A DNA stretch of 64,000 nucleotides from an uncultured delta proteobacterium (GCA_963708295.1 CAVPSJ010000017.1:128001-192000), one strand, 5' to 3'. Counted from the first letter of the stretch, positions 29,759 to 40,530 are shown. A program made the numbers and translations. Notes: generated by a model not told the origin, from the letters alone.

Positions 29759-31641
29759 GCGCTCGCTACGGGCAATTCAAGTATCTTTTTCAGATCCGTC
29801 TCTTCAACCACTTCTTTCTCAAGCAGGAGGCGGGCGAGCTCTCCCAGTTTTTCCTTCTTGGCCGCCAGTATTCCTTTCACTCTTAAATACGTATCATCGA
29901 CAATCTTCTTCACTTCTTCGTCAATCTGTTTTGCGGTGTCCTCACTGTACTCTCTCGTGGGGAGCAGGGAGGAAGGAAGGAAAAGGGGCTTCTTTTCTTT
30001 TTCGAAGGTGACATAGCCCAATTTTTCGCTCATGCCAAATTCCTTGACCATGCTGGTGGCGATGTCGGTCGACCTCTGAAGGTCATTATGAGCCCCGGTG
30101 GAGATCTCTCCAAAAACGATTTCCTCGGCCACCCTCCCACCGAGCAAAACCGCCAATCGGTCGAGAAGTTCCGTCTTGGTCATTAAATAACGGTCCTCCG
30201 TGGGCAACTGGAGCGTATAGCCCAATGCGGAGATTCCTCTTGGGATGATCGAGATTCGACGAACCGGATCTGCGTTTGGCAAGAGGGAAGCGACAATGGC
30301 ATGACCGGATTCGTGAAAGGCAACGATCTCTTTTTCCTTCTTCGACATCAGCCTGTTTTTTTTCTCCAATCCTGCCACCACCCGGTCAATGGCTTCTTCA
30401 ATATCAGCCATTTCTACGGATTCTTTATTTTTCCGGGCGGCCAGAAGGGCCGCCTCGTTCACAATATTGGCCAGATCTGCACCCACGAATCCGGGAGTTC
30501 TTGAAGCGATCACCTTCAGGTCGACGTCCGGAGACAATTTGACATTCTGAGCATGGATCTTCAAAATCTCCTCTCGGCCGATGATATCAGGTCGGTCCAC
30601 CACCACATGGCGATCGAATCTCCCGGGTCTGAGAAGCGCGGGATCCAAAATCTCAGGCCGGTTCGTGGCCGCCATGATGATTACCCCCGTATTGGCCTCA
30701 AAACCGTCCATCTCCGCCAAGAGTTGATTGAGGGTTTGTTCTTGCTCGTCGTGTCGCCCCATGGGATTGACGCCGCGGGCTTTTCCCAGGGCGTCCAGCT
30801 CGTCAATAAAGATGATGCAGGGAGCGTGGTTTTGGGCCTGGGCGAAGAGATCTCTGACTCTCGCCGCTCCAACGCCGACAAACATCTCCACAAAATCCGA
30901 ACCACTGATCGAGAAAAAGGGAACGTTGGCCTCTCCCGCTACCGCCCTGGCAAGGAGAGTCTTTCCCGTTCCGGGCATTCCCACCAAGAGGACTCCCTTC
31001 GGGATCTTTCCGCCGAGACGCTGAAACTTCCCCGGGCTTTTAAGAAAATCCACCACTTCCTTCAATTCTTCCTTGGCCTCGTCGATTCCCGCCACGTCGA
31101 CGAAGGTGATCTTTTTCTCTTTTTCTGCATAAACTTTCGCACGGCTCTTTCCAAAAGACATGACACTCGTCTCCGGGCCCATCCGGGAGAAGAGGATTCT
31201 CCATAAGATAAAGAAAAAGACCAGCGGAATAATCCATGAAATAATATTCGTCAGCAATCTGCTTTCGACCTTTCCCTTATATTGCACATGGTGAGCCTCC
31301 AGTTCTTTAACCAGGTCCGGATCTTCTACTCGCACGGCCTGGAATCCTCGGACCCCCTTTTCGGTCTCCCTCTCACCGTTGATCGATTCCGGAGTAATGG
31401 TCAATTCCTTAATTTTACCCGTCCGTAAGGTTTCCTTAAATTCACTATACGGGATGACATCCTCGGTTTTCTTCGTCATCATATAATTCTGGATAAGCAG
31501 AATAATGAGAAAAGCGATGACGAAATACCAGATGGTAAAGTGGGTTCTTTTGAGAATGGGTTTCTTCCCGCCTCGATCTGAAGGTTCTTTGATTCCGAGA
31601 AGATCTCGCAGGCTAGAGGAAGGTTTTTGATCCTTCTTCAT
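29755..31641 (-). CDS. ftsH: ATP-dependent zinc metalloprotease
   Basis: [26 protein letters not shown]. Confidence 0.97.
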   Translation of the reverse strand: MKKDQKPSSSLRDLLGIKEPSDRGGKKPILKRTHFTIWYFVIAFLIILLIQNYMMTKKTEDVIPYSEFKETLRTGKIKELTITPESINGERETEKGVRGFQAVRVEDPDLVKELEAHHVQYKGKVESRLLTNIISWIIPLVFFFILWRILFSRMGPETSVMSFGKSRAKVYAEKEKKITFVDVAGIDEAKEELKEVVDFLKSPGKFQRLGGKIPKGVLLVGMPGTGKTLLARAVAGEANVPFFSISGSDFVEMFVGVGAARVRDLFAQAQNHAPCIIFIDELDALGKARGVNPMGRHDEQEQTLNQLLAEMDGFEANTGVIIMAATNRPEILDPALLRPGRFDRHVVVDRPDIIGREEILKIHAQNVKLSPDVDLKVIASRTPGFVGADLANIVNEAALLAARKNKESVEMADIEEAIDRVVAGLEKKNRLMSKKEKEIVAFHESGHAIVASLLPNADPVRRISIIPRGISALGYTLQLPTEDRYLMTKTELLDRLAVLLGGRVAEEIVFGEISTGAHNDLQRSTDIATSMVKEFGMSEKLGYVTFEKEKKPLFLPSSLLPTREYSEDTAKQIDEEVKKIVDDTYLRVKGILAAKKEKLGELARLLLEKEVVEETDLKKILELPVASA

Positions 31642-32940
31642 TTAGGCATCTCCATATACTCTCCGGAAGATCGCGTCGACGTGTTTCAGATGAGTTCGGG
31701 CATCGAAGAGAGCGTCCAGTTCCTTTGGGGTCATGAGGCGCTGGATGGCTTCGTCCTGGGAGAGAAGGGTCTTGAACTCTCCTCCCTTCTCCCATACCCT
31801 CATCGCATTCCTTTGAACCACTCCGTAAGCCTCTTCCCTTGACAGGCCTTTCTGGGTCAGATGAAGAAGAATCGACTCCGAAAAAATGAGGCCTCCCATC
31901 TTTTCCAGATTGGCTTTCATGTTCTCTGGATAGACGATGAGGTTCTCCACGAGGGAGGCGAGGCGGCTGAGCATGTAGTCGATTAAAATCGTGGCATCCG
32001 GCGCGATCACCCTTTCTACGGAAGAATGGCTGATGTCACGTTCGTGCCAGAGAGGAATGTTTTCCAAAGCAGCCAGACTGTAAGATCGTACAAGGCGCGC
32101 CAAACCCGAGAGGTTTTCCGAGGAGATCGGATTCCTCTTGTGAGGCATGGCGGAGGAACCCTTCTGCCCCTTGGAAAAGAATTCCTCGGCTTCCAGGACC
32201 TCGGTTCGCTGAAGGTGTCTGAGTTCGACAGAAAATTTTTCGATCGAAGAGGCAAGGATGGCCAGGGTGGTGAAGAATTCAGCATGATGATCTCTCTGAA
32301 CAATCTGGGTTGAGATGGGAGCGGGCTTGAGTCCTAATTTTTCACAGACATACTCCTCGATGAAGGGAGGGATGTGGGCAAATGTTCCCACGGCTCCTGA
32401 GATTTTACCGACACTGATAGCCTCTTTTGCCCTCTCCATGCGGACGAGATTTCGTTTCATCTCATCATACCAGAGTGTCATTTTGAGGCCGAAGGTGATG
32501 GGCTCCGCATGAATGCCATGAGATCGGCCGATCATGATAGTTTCCTTGTGTTGAAAGGCTTTTTTCTTTAATACCTCCAGAAGGCGCTGGATGTCCTGAA
32601 GGATCAGTTCGGAAGCCTTTTTCAAAAGCAGCGCGAGGGAGGTGTCGAGGATATCCGAAGAGGTGAGACCATAATGGAGATATCTCGAAAGGGGACCGAT
32701 GAATTCCCCCACATTGGTCAAAAAGGCAAGCACATCGTGCTTTGTCACCTTCTCGATGTCGTCAATGCGATGCGTATCGAAAGAGGCCTTTTCCTTGATC
32801 TCTCGGAGGGCTTCTGCCGGAATCTCCCCTAATTGGGAGAGAGCCTCGCAGGCCAGAAGTTCAATTTGGAGCCAGGTTTCAAACTTCCCCTGATCTGTCC
32901 AAATTCTCCCCATCTCTGGTCGGGTGTATCTCGGAATCAC
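31642..32940 (-). CDS. purB: Adenylosuccinate lyase
   Basis: MIPRY, GRSHGIHAEP, GSSAMPHKRNP. Confidence 0.97.
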   Translation of the reverse strand: MIPRYTRPEMGRIWTDQGKFETWLQIELLACEALSQLGEIPAEALREIKEKASFDTHRIDDIEKVTKHDVLAFLTNVGEFIGPLSRYLHYGLTSSDILDTSLALLLKKASELILQDIQRLLEVLKKKAFQHKETIMIGRSHGIHAEPITFGLKMTLWYDEMKRNLVRMERAKEAISVGKISGAVGTFAHIPPFIEEYVCEKLGLKPAPISTQIVQRDHHAEFFTTLAILASSIEKFSVELRHLQRTEVLEAEEFFSKGQKGSSAMPHKRNPISSENLSGLARLVRSYSLAALENIPLWHERDISHSSVERVIAPDATILIDYMLSRLASLVENLIVYPENMKANLEKMGGLIFSESILLHLTQKGLSREEAYGVVQRNAMRVWEKGGEFKTLLSQDEAIQRLMTPKELDALFDARTHLKHVDAIFRRVYGDA

Positions 32941-33226
32941 CTAAGGCTCCTTAGCGAAGTGTATTAAACAATATTACCGAATGGGGTTGAAAAGTCAATG
33001 AAAAACGGGTTGTTAAATATTTGACTCAAACCCCGAGACCCTAGACTTCAGACATTGATATAGGCGTCGCAGGCAGGAAGGGACTGTATCTTTGGCAAAA
33101 ACAAAAGAATCTCAAAGGATTGAAATCGTTACACTAAAAGAGTTTGATGTCTAATGGCATAGGTGTCTGAATTGCGGGGGGTTGCTAATTGTTGACAATT
33201 CTTTCGTTCAAATGCATATTATTCCT

Positions 33227-33973
33227 ATGATTATTATCAAATCTCCCCGGGAGATTGAGCAACTGAAGAAATCCAACGCCATTGTGGCAGAGGTGTTTGA
33301 AAGGGTAAGGGGGATGATTGTTCCCGGGGTCATGACAAAGGAATTAGACCGGGTCGCTGAGGAATATATTCTGCTTAAAGGGGGCCGCCCTGCTTTTAAG
33401 GGGTACAGGGGGTTTCCTGCAACCCTTTGTATCTCGGTCAACGAGGAAGTGGTTCATGGAATTCCGGGCCAGCGCCGGCTGGAAGAAGGGGATATCGTCA
33501 GTCTGGATGTGGGCGTCAATCTGGGGGGTTATTTTGGGGATGCAGCCATGACCCTGCCTGTGGGTCAGGTAGATCCGGAGGCCAAAAGACTCCTTGAAGT
33601 AACGGAAAAGGCTCTGTCTATCGGTATTGAAAAGGCTAGGGTCGGGAATCGACTTTTCGATATTTCCTATGCCATTCAGAGATGGGTGGAATCCCATGGA
33701 TTCTCTGTCGTGAGAGATTTCGTAGGACATGGGATCGGAAGAGATCTCCATGAGGATCCGCAGGTTCCAAATTTTGGCGCCCCCCATCAGGGGCCAAGAT
33801 TGGAGAAAGGCATGGTTTTTGCTTTGGAGCCGATGGTGAACGAGGGAGCCCATGGGGTGAGGGTTCTTTCGGATGGCTGGACGGTTGTGACGGCGGATGG
33901 AAGGCGCTCCGCCCATTTTGAACATACCATTGCCATCTCTGAAGATGGGGCGGAGATACTGAGCGTTCTCTGA
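33227..33973 (+). CDS. map: Methionine aminopeptidase type I
   Basis: CISVNEEVVHGIP, GHGIG, HEDP, EPM, SAHFEHT. Confidence 0.96.
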   Translation: MIIIKSPREIEQLKKSNAIVAEVFERVRGMIVPGVMTKELDRVAEEYILLKGGRPAFKGYRGFPATLCISVNEEVVHGIPGQRRLEEGDIVSLDVGVNLGGYFGDAAMTLPVGQVDPEAKRLLEVTEKALSIGIEKARVGNRLFDISYAIQRWVESHGFSVVRDFVGHGIGRDLHEDPQVPNFGAPHQGPRLEKGMVFALEPMVNEGAHGVRVLSDGWTVVTADGRRSAHFEHTIAISEDGAEILSVL

Positions 33974-34092
33974 CATAAAACAAGAGATTAGAATTTTGAG
34001 GTATGAATTTTGAATTTAATTCAAAACTCAAAGTTCAAAACTCAACACCTGGCAATTTTTAAACCATTCTCTCAGCAGAAGCGAGGAAAATA

Positions 34093-35085
34093 ATGTACCG
34101 TGTAGCGAAAGATATGGTCGATTTGGTGGGGGATACGCCCCTCGTGAGGATCAACCACATTGTTCCCAACAAAAAGGTAAAGGTTTATGCAAAACTGGAG
34201 CGTTATAATCCGGCGGGATCTGTGAAGGACCGGATCGCGAAATATATGATTGAATATGGGGAGAAGGAAGGCTTCCTGACGAAGGACAAGATTGTTATTG
34301 AGCCGACGAGCGGAAATACGGGCATTGCCCTGGCCATGGTCTGCGCCGTAAAAGGATACCGGTTGGAATTGGTGATGCCGGAGACGATGAGCATTGAGAG
34401 AAGAAAGATCCTCACCGCCTATGGAGCGAAGATCGTTTTAAGCCAGGGAGCCAGAGGAATGGACGGCGCGATTGATTTAGCTAAAGAGATGGCCAGAGAC
34501 CCTAAATATTATATGCCCCTCCAATTTGAGAATAAGTACAATGTGTTTGCCCATTATGAGACAACGGGTAAAGAGATCTGGAAGGCGACCAAGGGAAAGG
34601 TCAATATGTTTGTCGGAGGGATTGGAACGACCGGGACATTGATGGGTGTCTCGCAGCGACTAAAAGAATACGACCCCGAGATCAAGATTATCGGCGTGGA
34701 GCCCTATCCAAAAACGGGTATCCAGGGGCTCAAGAACCTCAGCTCCCAGTACGTCCCGGAGATTTACGATCCAAGTCGATTGGATGAAAAGATCAATGTG
34801 AAAGATGAGGATGCCTTCGAGATGGCGCGAGTTCTCACGATTCGGGAAGGAATCTTCTGCGGGATCAGCTCCGGGGCCGCGATGTGGGGGACCTTACAAA
34901 AGGCCATGGAATTGGAGAAGGGCGTGATCGTTACCCTCCTGCCGGACGGCGGCGAAAAATACGTAAGTACGCCTCTCTACGAGCCCACCAAATGCTTCGA
35001 ATGCCTGCAGAAGCATCGGGTTCCCACCTGCATGACGGCGGAATATATCACCGCCCTGGAGTGTATGGTGAAAAACGGAGGGTAG
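34093..35085 (+). CDS. Cysteine synthase (CysK/CysM family) with Cys-rich C-terminal tail
   Basis: NPAGSVKDR, EPTSGNTG, GIGTTGT, PDGGEKY. Confidence 0.92.
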   Translation: MYRVAKDMVDLVGDTPLVRINHIVPNKKVKVYAKLERYNPAGSVKDRIAKYMIEYGEKEGFLTKDKIVIEPTSGNTGIALAMVCAVKGYRLELVMPETMSIERRKILTAYGAKIVLSQGARGMDGAIDLAKEMARDPKYYMPLQFENKYNVFAHYETTGKEIWKATKGKVNMFVGGIGTTGTLMGVSQRLKEYDPEIKIIGVEPYPKTGIQGLKNLSSQYVPEIYDPSRLDEKINVKDEDAFEMARVLTIREGIFCGISSGAAMWGTLQKAMELEKGVIVTLLPDGGEKYVSTPLYEPTKCFECLQKHRVPTCMTAEYITALECMVKNGG

Positions 35086-35318
35086 ACGATCCATCAAATC
35101 CCAATGACCAAGCACCAAATCCCAAATAAATTTTCCATGACAGGTTCGTCATCCGCGGACAATGAAAATCCCCCACAATCCCTCTTTGAAAAAGTTATTC
35201 ATTACGTCATTCCGGTGACTCAATTTTCAAGCAATCGAAGCCAATATTCTTCTTTTCGGAAAGTTCGGTCCTTGGAATTTGGTTATTATTTGATGATTGG
35301 CGTTTGTAGTTCGGATTT

Positions 35319-35801
35319 TTACAATTTATATTTAAATTTCCTCAAAAGATCTTTTCTCCAGGTAATTCCGTCTTCTTTTTCAATGCCTTTTGGAGAGGAA
35401 CCGTCAATCACACCGAGGACGCCTCTGCCGAGCTCCGACTGGGCCAGAATCACTTCAACAGGGTTTGCTGTGGCACAAAAGACCGTGCAGACCTCCTGAC
35501 ACATCTTCACCGCATTGAGGACATTGATCGGGAAGGCATCCTTCAGAAGGATAACAAAGGTATGGCCTGCGCCGATTTTCAGGGCATTCTTCTTGGCGAC
35601 TTCCTTCAATGCCTCATCGTTTCCCTCGATCCGGACGAGGCAGGCGCCCGAAGCTTCACAGAATCCGATCCCAAATTTAGCGCTGGGAACCGACCCGACC
35701 ATGATTTCATAAAGGTCTTCCACCGTCTTGATGAAGTGGGTCTGACCAAAAATGATGTTGCACCCTTCCGGAATCTCCAATGGCTCCGTCTTGAGTTCCA
35801 T
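35319..35801 (-). CDS. Adenosine-specific kinase family (DUF355)
   Basis: GQTHFIKTVEDL, FCEASG, FCATANP, RGVLGVIDG. Confidence 0.85.
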   Translation of the reverse strand: MELKTEPLEIPEGCNIIFGQTHFIKTVEDLYEIMVGSVPSAKFGIGFCEASGACLVRIEGNDEALKEVAKKNALKIGAGHTFVILLKDAFPINVLNAVKMCQEVCTVFCATANPVEVILAQSELGRGVLGVIDGSSPKGIEKEDGITWRKDLLRKFKYKL

Positions 35802-35936
35802 GACTTACCTCCTTGAGCATCTCGTAGGTTTTTTTAGTATGGAATGATTGTGTCTTTCAGGCTGAAATTTCTTAATGACGATAGGACGATATCACTACGC
35901 GACTATAGGACCATGTTACTCTTTCACAGCATATCG

Positions 35937-36180
35937 TCACCTGGCCTGATTGTCAACGTATAAAGGGATGTTAGTGTGGTGTTCCCCTCCACCGTGGCGT
36001 TCTCCTCCCTCGTAATGCTCGCCCCACTCCGGACGGTGACCGAACTCGCGGTGACGTTCGCCAGACTCACGATGGTGATGAACATAGGGATAAACAGAAT
36101 GTCCATAGCCATAGTCGTCGTAGTAAGGGTTGTCATAGTAACCATAGGCGGAATAATATCCTGCGCCGGTGAGACTTCAT
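35937..36180 (-). pseudogene. Tyr/Gly/His-rich small protein, frameshifted or 5'-truncated
   Basis: Frame not in ORF track: LTGAGYYSAYGYYDNPYYDDYGYGHSVYPYVHHHRESGERHREFGHRPEWGEHYEGGERHGGGEHH. Confidence 0.5.
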
Positions 36181-36188
36181 CTCTATTC

Positions 36189-38645
36189 TCAGGGTCTCAA
36201 GAAAGGCTTTATTTTAATATCTTTTCCATCCGTAACCACGGTGATTGCACCCTGCCTGTCAGTCCGAAATATCTCCGTGCCCAGTCGTTCATATCTTTTC
36301 AACACGTCTGGATGTGGAAGTCTCCCGATATTTCTTTCGCCTACGCTGAGAATGGCATAAGCAGGCTTTACCTTTTCCAGAAAAAGCGGGGAACTCGAGG
36401 AGGAGCTTCCATGATGGGGGACCTTCAACATATCAGTCTTGAAGGGATAACCTTTTCTCAACATCGATTCCTCCGCTTCCTTTTCAATGTCCCCTGCAAG
36501 AAGCACAGAAACATGTTTGAATTGAAGCTTCAGAACCAGAGAGGAATTGTTCAGGTCCGATGGATTCTGAACTTTTTTTTGCGGTGCTTTTCTTGCCGGT
36601 GGATTTAGAACGGAAATTTCGACTCCCTGGATGGTTTGCGAAGGGGTTTCTTCGCTGAGGGATTGAGTCTTGACGTTCTTCTGTTTCAGGGTCTCCTTCA
36701 GCCGCAGATAAGGCTCAGACGGTGTCTCAAAACCGCTCTCCCAGAATTGCCCAATTGAAAACTGCGAGGCAATAAAATTCAAACCTTTCAAGTGGTCCGG
36801 GTCAGGATGGGTGAGGACAAGCGTGTCGATCCTTCGTATCTTCTTCTTCCAGAGAAACGGCGCAATCACATTCTTCCCCGTATCAAAACGATCCTCGGAA
36901 AGGCCTCCCCCGTCGATCAGCATCTTTTTCCCCTTGGGGAATTCAACCAGAATGGAGTCTCCGTGTCCCACATCGATAAAAGTTAACTTCAAATCTTTCT
37001 GGAATGAATCCTTCAAATTCCAGTAGGCCAGATCACAGGCGAACGCGATGCAGAGCCCTACGAAGAGATAGCGGATTTTTTTGTCTTTTCGAAAACGGGC
37101 CACCAGAAAAAGAAGGGAATAAAAAAGGACAATTTCGAAAACGGTGGGTGTCGAGACATAGAACGAGGCAAACGGCAGGGACGCAAAGAAGGCCAGCACT
37201 CTGAGAAGAATCAGGGTGATGAAACCATTCAAATGGATCAAGAGGGTGGCTAAGGGAAGGAAGAAAAAAGAGATGATGGAGGCGGTGAGACTTAAAGGGA
37301 CGATCAGAAAACCCACCCAGGGGATGACGAAGAGGTTGGTGACAAATCCGATGGGGGCGAAGCGGTTGAAATGGAGGGCCACCCAAGGCGCGGTGCCCAA
37401 GATGGCGACTCCGGTGACGAGAAGTGAGAGCCTTAGATATTTCAAAATATTCTTTTTCCAAGAGGTTTTCAAAAGAAGGGATAATTCGTCCTGTTTAAAC
37501 TCTTGAAGGATATGCGGCACCAGATAGAGGATCGAAAGCACAGCGACGAAGGAGAGCTGGAAGGAAACATCGAAGAGGGAGGGGGGTGAGAAGATGAGGA
37601 TGAGAAAAGCAGCCAGAGCGAGTGTGTGAAGCAGGTTTCTCTCTCGATTCAATAGGATGGAAAAGAGGAAAGTGATCACCATAATGGCCGCCCGGATCAC
37701 GGAAATCCCTCCCCCCGCGATGAACGCATAAAGGACGATACAGGGGATCGTCAGAGCAGCCGCCCACTTTCGAACGGAAATGGAGAGAAGAAGAAATTCC
37801 GAACGCGTTAACATCCAGATCAGCAGAGAGAAAGAAAGGAGGGCAACGATTCCAAATTGATCTCCTGAAATCGCAAGAAGATGGGCTGTCCCGGTAAGGA
37901 TAAAATACTCCTTGATCTCTTCTGGAAGATCACCCTGCTCGCCCAACGCAAGGGCCTTGAATATACCGGAACTGGGAGGGGGGGCTTCCCGGTTTAAAAA
38001 ATCCCGGATGTGATCTCGCCATCGCTCCACCTGGAGAGTCACCGGATTCTTAAATCCCTCCCCCAGTTTCACCCACCCTCCCTCTTCGGACAAGAATCCA
38101 ATCGTGTAGATTCGATCGAGGGCAAGGTGGCGTTCATAGGAAAATCCGCCCGGATTATGAAACCCGCGAGGAGTATAGAGCCTGCATCGAAGCCGAAGGC
38201 GATCTCCCGCTCGAAGCGAAGAGTCTTCTTCTTTGAGGAAGATCAGAAGAAGACCGTTCACGAGGACGGGACGGCCGGATCGAACGATCTTATCTGACCG
38301 GATGAGTAGCTGGGTTCTCCCTCGGGAGTGCTCGGGAGGGGAATCGATGACCCCTTCCAATGAAATTTCTTCTCGGCCGGTGAAGTGAGAGATGTGTGAG
38401 GCGGGGTGTCGGGGAAAGAGATACCCTTGGATGGAAATAATTCCGAGAAGGAAGAAAATGGAGAAGGCCGTCCAAGAGCCGATTCGGGTCCTTTTCGTTG
38501 CGAGAAAAAAAGTCCAAAATCCAATGAGGATGAGGAGGAGAATCCAGCTTTGAGATAGAAAAAGAAAGTCGAAATGACCGAAATAAATACCGGTGGTAAA
38601 GACGATGAAGATCGGAATGAGAGGAAGGCGAAAGGCGCCGCTCAT
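36189..38645 (-). CDS. comEC: DNA internalization competence protein ComEC/Rec2
   Basis: NPGGFSY, HLLAISG, RAAIM, FQLSF, DVGHGD, LTHPDPDH, KVPHHGS. Confidence 0.94.
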   Translation of the reverse strand: MSGAFRLPLIPIFIVFTTGIYFGHFDFLFLSQSWILLLILIGFWTFFLATKRTRIGSWTAFSIFFLLGIISIQGYLFPRHPASHISHFTGREEISLEGVIDSPPEHSRGRTQLLIRSDKIVRSGRPVLVNGLLLIFLKEEDSSLRAGDRLRLRCRLYTPRGFHNPGGFSYERHLALDRIYTIGFLSEEGGWVKLGEGFKNPVTLQVERWRDHIRDFLNREAPPPSSGIFKALALGEQGDLPEEIKEYFILTGTAHLLAISGDQFGIVALLSFSLLIWMLTRSEFLLLSISVRKWAAALTIPCIVLYAFIAGGGISVIRAAIMVITFLFSILLNRERNLLHTLALAAFLILIFSPPSLFDVSFQLSFVAVLSILYLVPHILQEFKQDELSLLLKTSWKKNILKYLRLSLLVTGVAILGTAPWVALHFNRFAPIGFVTNLFVIPWVGFLIVPLSLTASIISFFFLPLATLLIHLNGFITLILLRVLAFFASLPFASFYVSTPTVFEIVLFYSLLFLVARFRKDKKIRYLFVGLCIAFACDLAYWNLKDSFQKDLKLTFIDVGHGDSILVEFPKGKKMLIDGGGLSEDRFDTGKNVIAPFLWKKKIRRIDTLVLTHPDPDHLKGLNFIASQFSIGQFWESGFETPSEPYLRLKETLKQKNVKTQSLSEETPSQTIQGVEISVLNPPARKAPQKKVQNPSDLNNSSLVLKLQFKHVSVLLAGDIEKEAEESMLRKGYPFKTDMLKVPHHGSSSSSSPLFLEKVKPAYAILSVGERNIGRLPHPDVLKRYERLGTEIFRTDRQGAITVVTDGKDIKIKPFLRP

Positions 38646-38672
38646 CTCTGCATCGAGAAAATGGATTTTTTT

Positions 38673-38795
38673 AGGCTGCTGAAAAACGCCTATCTGCGGC
38701 GTTTCCCTCATCCCTCGTCGCTGCGGCGTACATCCGAGTACGCCTCACTTCTCGGGATTTCGGGAGCCTTGCATATAGACATTTTTGAGCAGCCT
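38673..38795. mobile_element. MITE-like repeat
   Basis: Inverted ends AGGCTGCTGAAAAA / TTTTTGAGCAGCCT; homologous to the 24029 copy. Confidence 0.75.
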
Positions 38796-38803
38796 CAGGA
38801 AAA

Positions 38804-39961
38804 TCATTTTTTCGGAGATTCTTTAATAGTTAATAATTCTTGGGCTACCATCCACCTCTCCGTCTGGTCGGCCTCTTCAAAAACCTGGGTGACCTTGGCA
38901 TCCCGCATCATGCGTTCCACAGGATAGTCCTTCATATATCCATAACCCCCGAGGATCTGGACGGCATCGGTGGTCACTTTCATGGCGGCTTGGGAGGCAA
39001 AGCATTTTGAGATGGCGGAGAGTTTCCCGACATCTTTATGTTTTTCATCGATCCGGGAAGCTGCCTTATAGACCAGGGAGCGAGCGGCTTCTACCTGGGT
39101 AGCCATGTCTGCGATCATGAATTGAATCGCTTGAAATGAGGAAATGGGCTTTCCGAACTGGATCCTTTCGTTGGCGTAGCGAATGGCGAAATCGAGAGCT
39201 CCCTGAGCGATCCCGACCGCCTGAGCCCCGATGGCCGGTCTCGACCGGCAGAGGGTTTTCGTCGCGATCTCCCAGCCCTCTCCTTCCTCTCCGAGGCGAT
39301 TCTCTTGAGATACCCGGCAATTTTCAAAGACCACATCCGTCGCCACGGAACCCCTCATCCCGATCGTTTCGTCCCTCTCCCCGAAAAGAAGGCCCTCCGT
39401 TCCATCGGGCACGAGAAAAGCAGAAATTCCTTCCAATCCACGCTCCGGCTGGGTCAACGCAAAGACAGAATACCATTTGGCAAGGCTCCCATGCGTGATG
39501 GAGCATTTGCGCCCGGTGATCAGATAATCCTTTCCGATCTTCTCAGCTGTTGTTTTGACGGAGGGGACCTGCAATTCTTCCTCCGATTCGTTTAGCGCAA
39601 AGGCGACGAGGCTGTTTTTCTCGGAAATCTCTGTGAAGCAGAGATCTTGTTGCGAAGGATTCCCGCCTAATAATACAGGAAGCGTGCCGAGCCCGTGAGC
39701 CAGGAGGATGAGAGAGGAGGAGCCGCAAACCTTTGCAATTTCCTCAATGACGATACAAAGGGAGGTCAGGTCTCCATCGGTTCCCCCATAGGATTCAGGG
39801 AGAAGAAGGGAAAGATATCCCTGTTTGCCAAAGGCCTCTACCAAATCGCATGGAAATTCTCCGGTGGCGTCAATCTTCGCCGCCCGGGGTTGGACCATCT
39901 TGAGGGCCGTCTTTTCCGCAGCGGCCCTGATCATTTGTCTTTCTTTTTCTACGTCTTTCAT
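38804..39961 (-). CDS. Acyl-CoA dehydrogenase family protein with degenerate motifs
   Basis: RIQFGKPI, QILGGYGY, ERMMRDAK retained; TEPxAGSD and YEGT motifs altered. Confidence 0.88.
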   Translation of the reverse strand: MKDVEKERQMIRAAAEKTALKMVQPRAAKIDATGEFPCDLVEAFGKQGYLSLLLPESYGGTDGDLTSLCIVIEEIAKVCGSSSLILLAHGLGTLPVLLGGNPSQQDLCFTEISEKNSLVAFALNESEEELQVPSVKTTAEKIGKDYLITGRKCSITHGSLAKWYSVFALTQPERGLEGISAFLVPDGTEGLLFGERDETIGMRGSVATDVVFENCRVSQENRLGEEGEGWEIATKTLCRSRPAIGAQAVGIAQGALDFAIRYANERIQFGKPISSFQAIQFMIADMATQVEAARSLVYKAASRIDEKHKDVGKLSAISKCFASQAAMKVTTDAVQILGGYGYMKDYPVERMMRDAKVTQVFEEADQTERWMVAQELLTIKESPKK

Positions 39962-40050
39962 TTTGCTATTTCTTCGGAGAATGGGGGGGTGGATGTTGTA
40001 TAAAGTGTTACGTTAATAGAGTCAATGTTCTTTGTCAAGCGCAAAGTAAA

Positions 40051-40495
40051 GCTTGCCCTCCCCAGTTTCTAACTCTCTCCGCGAAGGGCCTGGGAAAGCC
40101 CCTCTTCAAGGCTTCATCAGGCCAGACTTGAGATGGATCACGGTGCCATCCCTCGCCAGGACACGAACTCCTGTCTCTCATGGAAATGAATCTGCCCAAC
40201 CGATCAGCGGTATTGGCCAATGAAGCCTTTCCGAAGGGTTCACCCAGGCCGGATTTTTTCAGCACCCTGAGTAGCCCCGGACACAGGCAGGTAGGTTGGA
40301 AAAATTTTAGAGCGGATACCTCTTGGTGCCGAATGAAACTCACCAGTTTCCAACCCCTATCTCAGGTTTGATCCTAATGCTCAGGAGGTAGCCCATGCCA
40401 TGATGACCGCATTCTAAAGTTTTTGAGAGTTGCCTGCCTGCGTCGTTCCCCCTTTTTCATCCCTTGATGATTCAAGAAACTGGGGGTGGGCAAGG
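40051..40495 (-). other. ~445-nt structured non-coding element with terminal inverted repeats (candidate ncRNA or MITE)
   Basis: TIRs 40052-40070 / 40475-40494; AAAGTAAA direct repeat on both flanks; nested internal stems. Confidence 0.6.
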
Positions 40496-40530
40496 AAAGT
40501 AAAGGGCAACAAAAATAGCAATAAAAATAG

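Noticed and set aside
35924-36145. Thr-rich 73-aa ORF from the ORF track
   Set aside because: Probably the shadow frame of the Tyr/His-rich frame
40105-40130. CUGAUGA as a hammerhead ribozyme core
   Set aside because: It lies inside a simple hairpin; no correctly placed GAAA and stem I/III junction found
40035-40371. 102-aa and 63-aa ORFs in the rpsU upstream region
   Set aside because: No RBS or recognisable motif; they lie within the structured element
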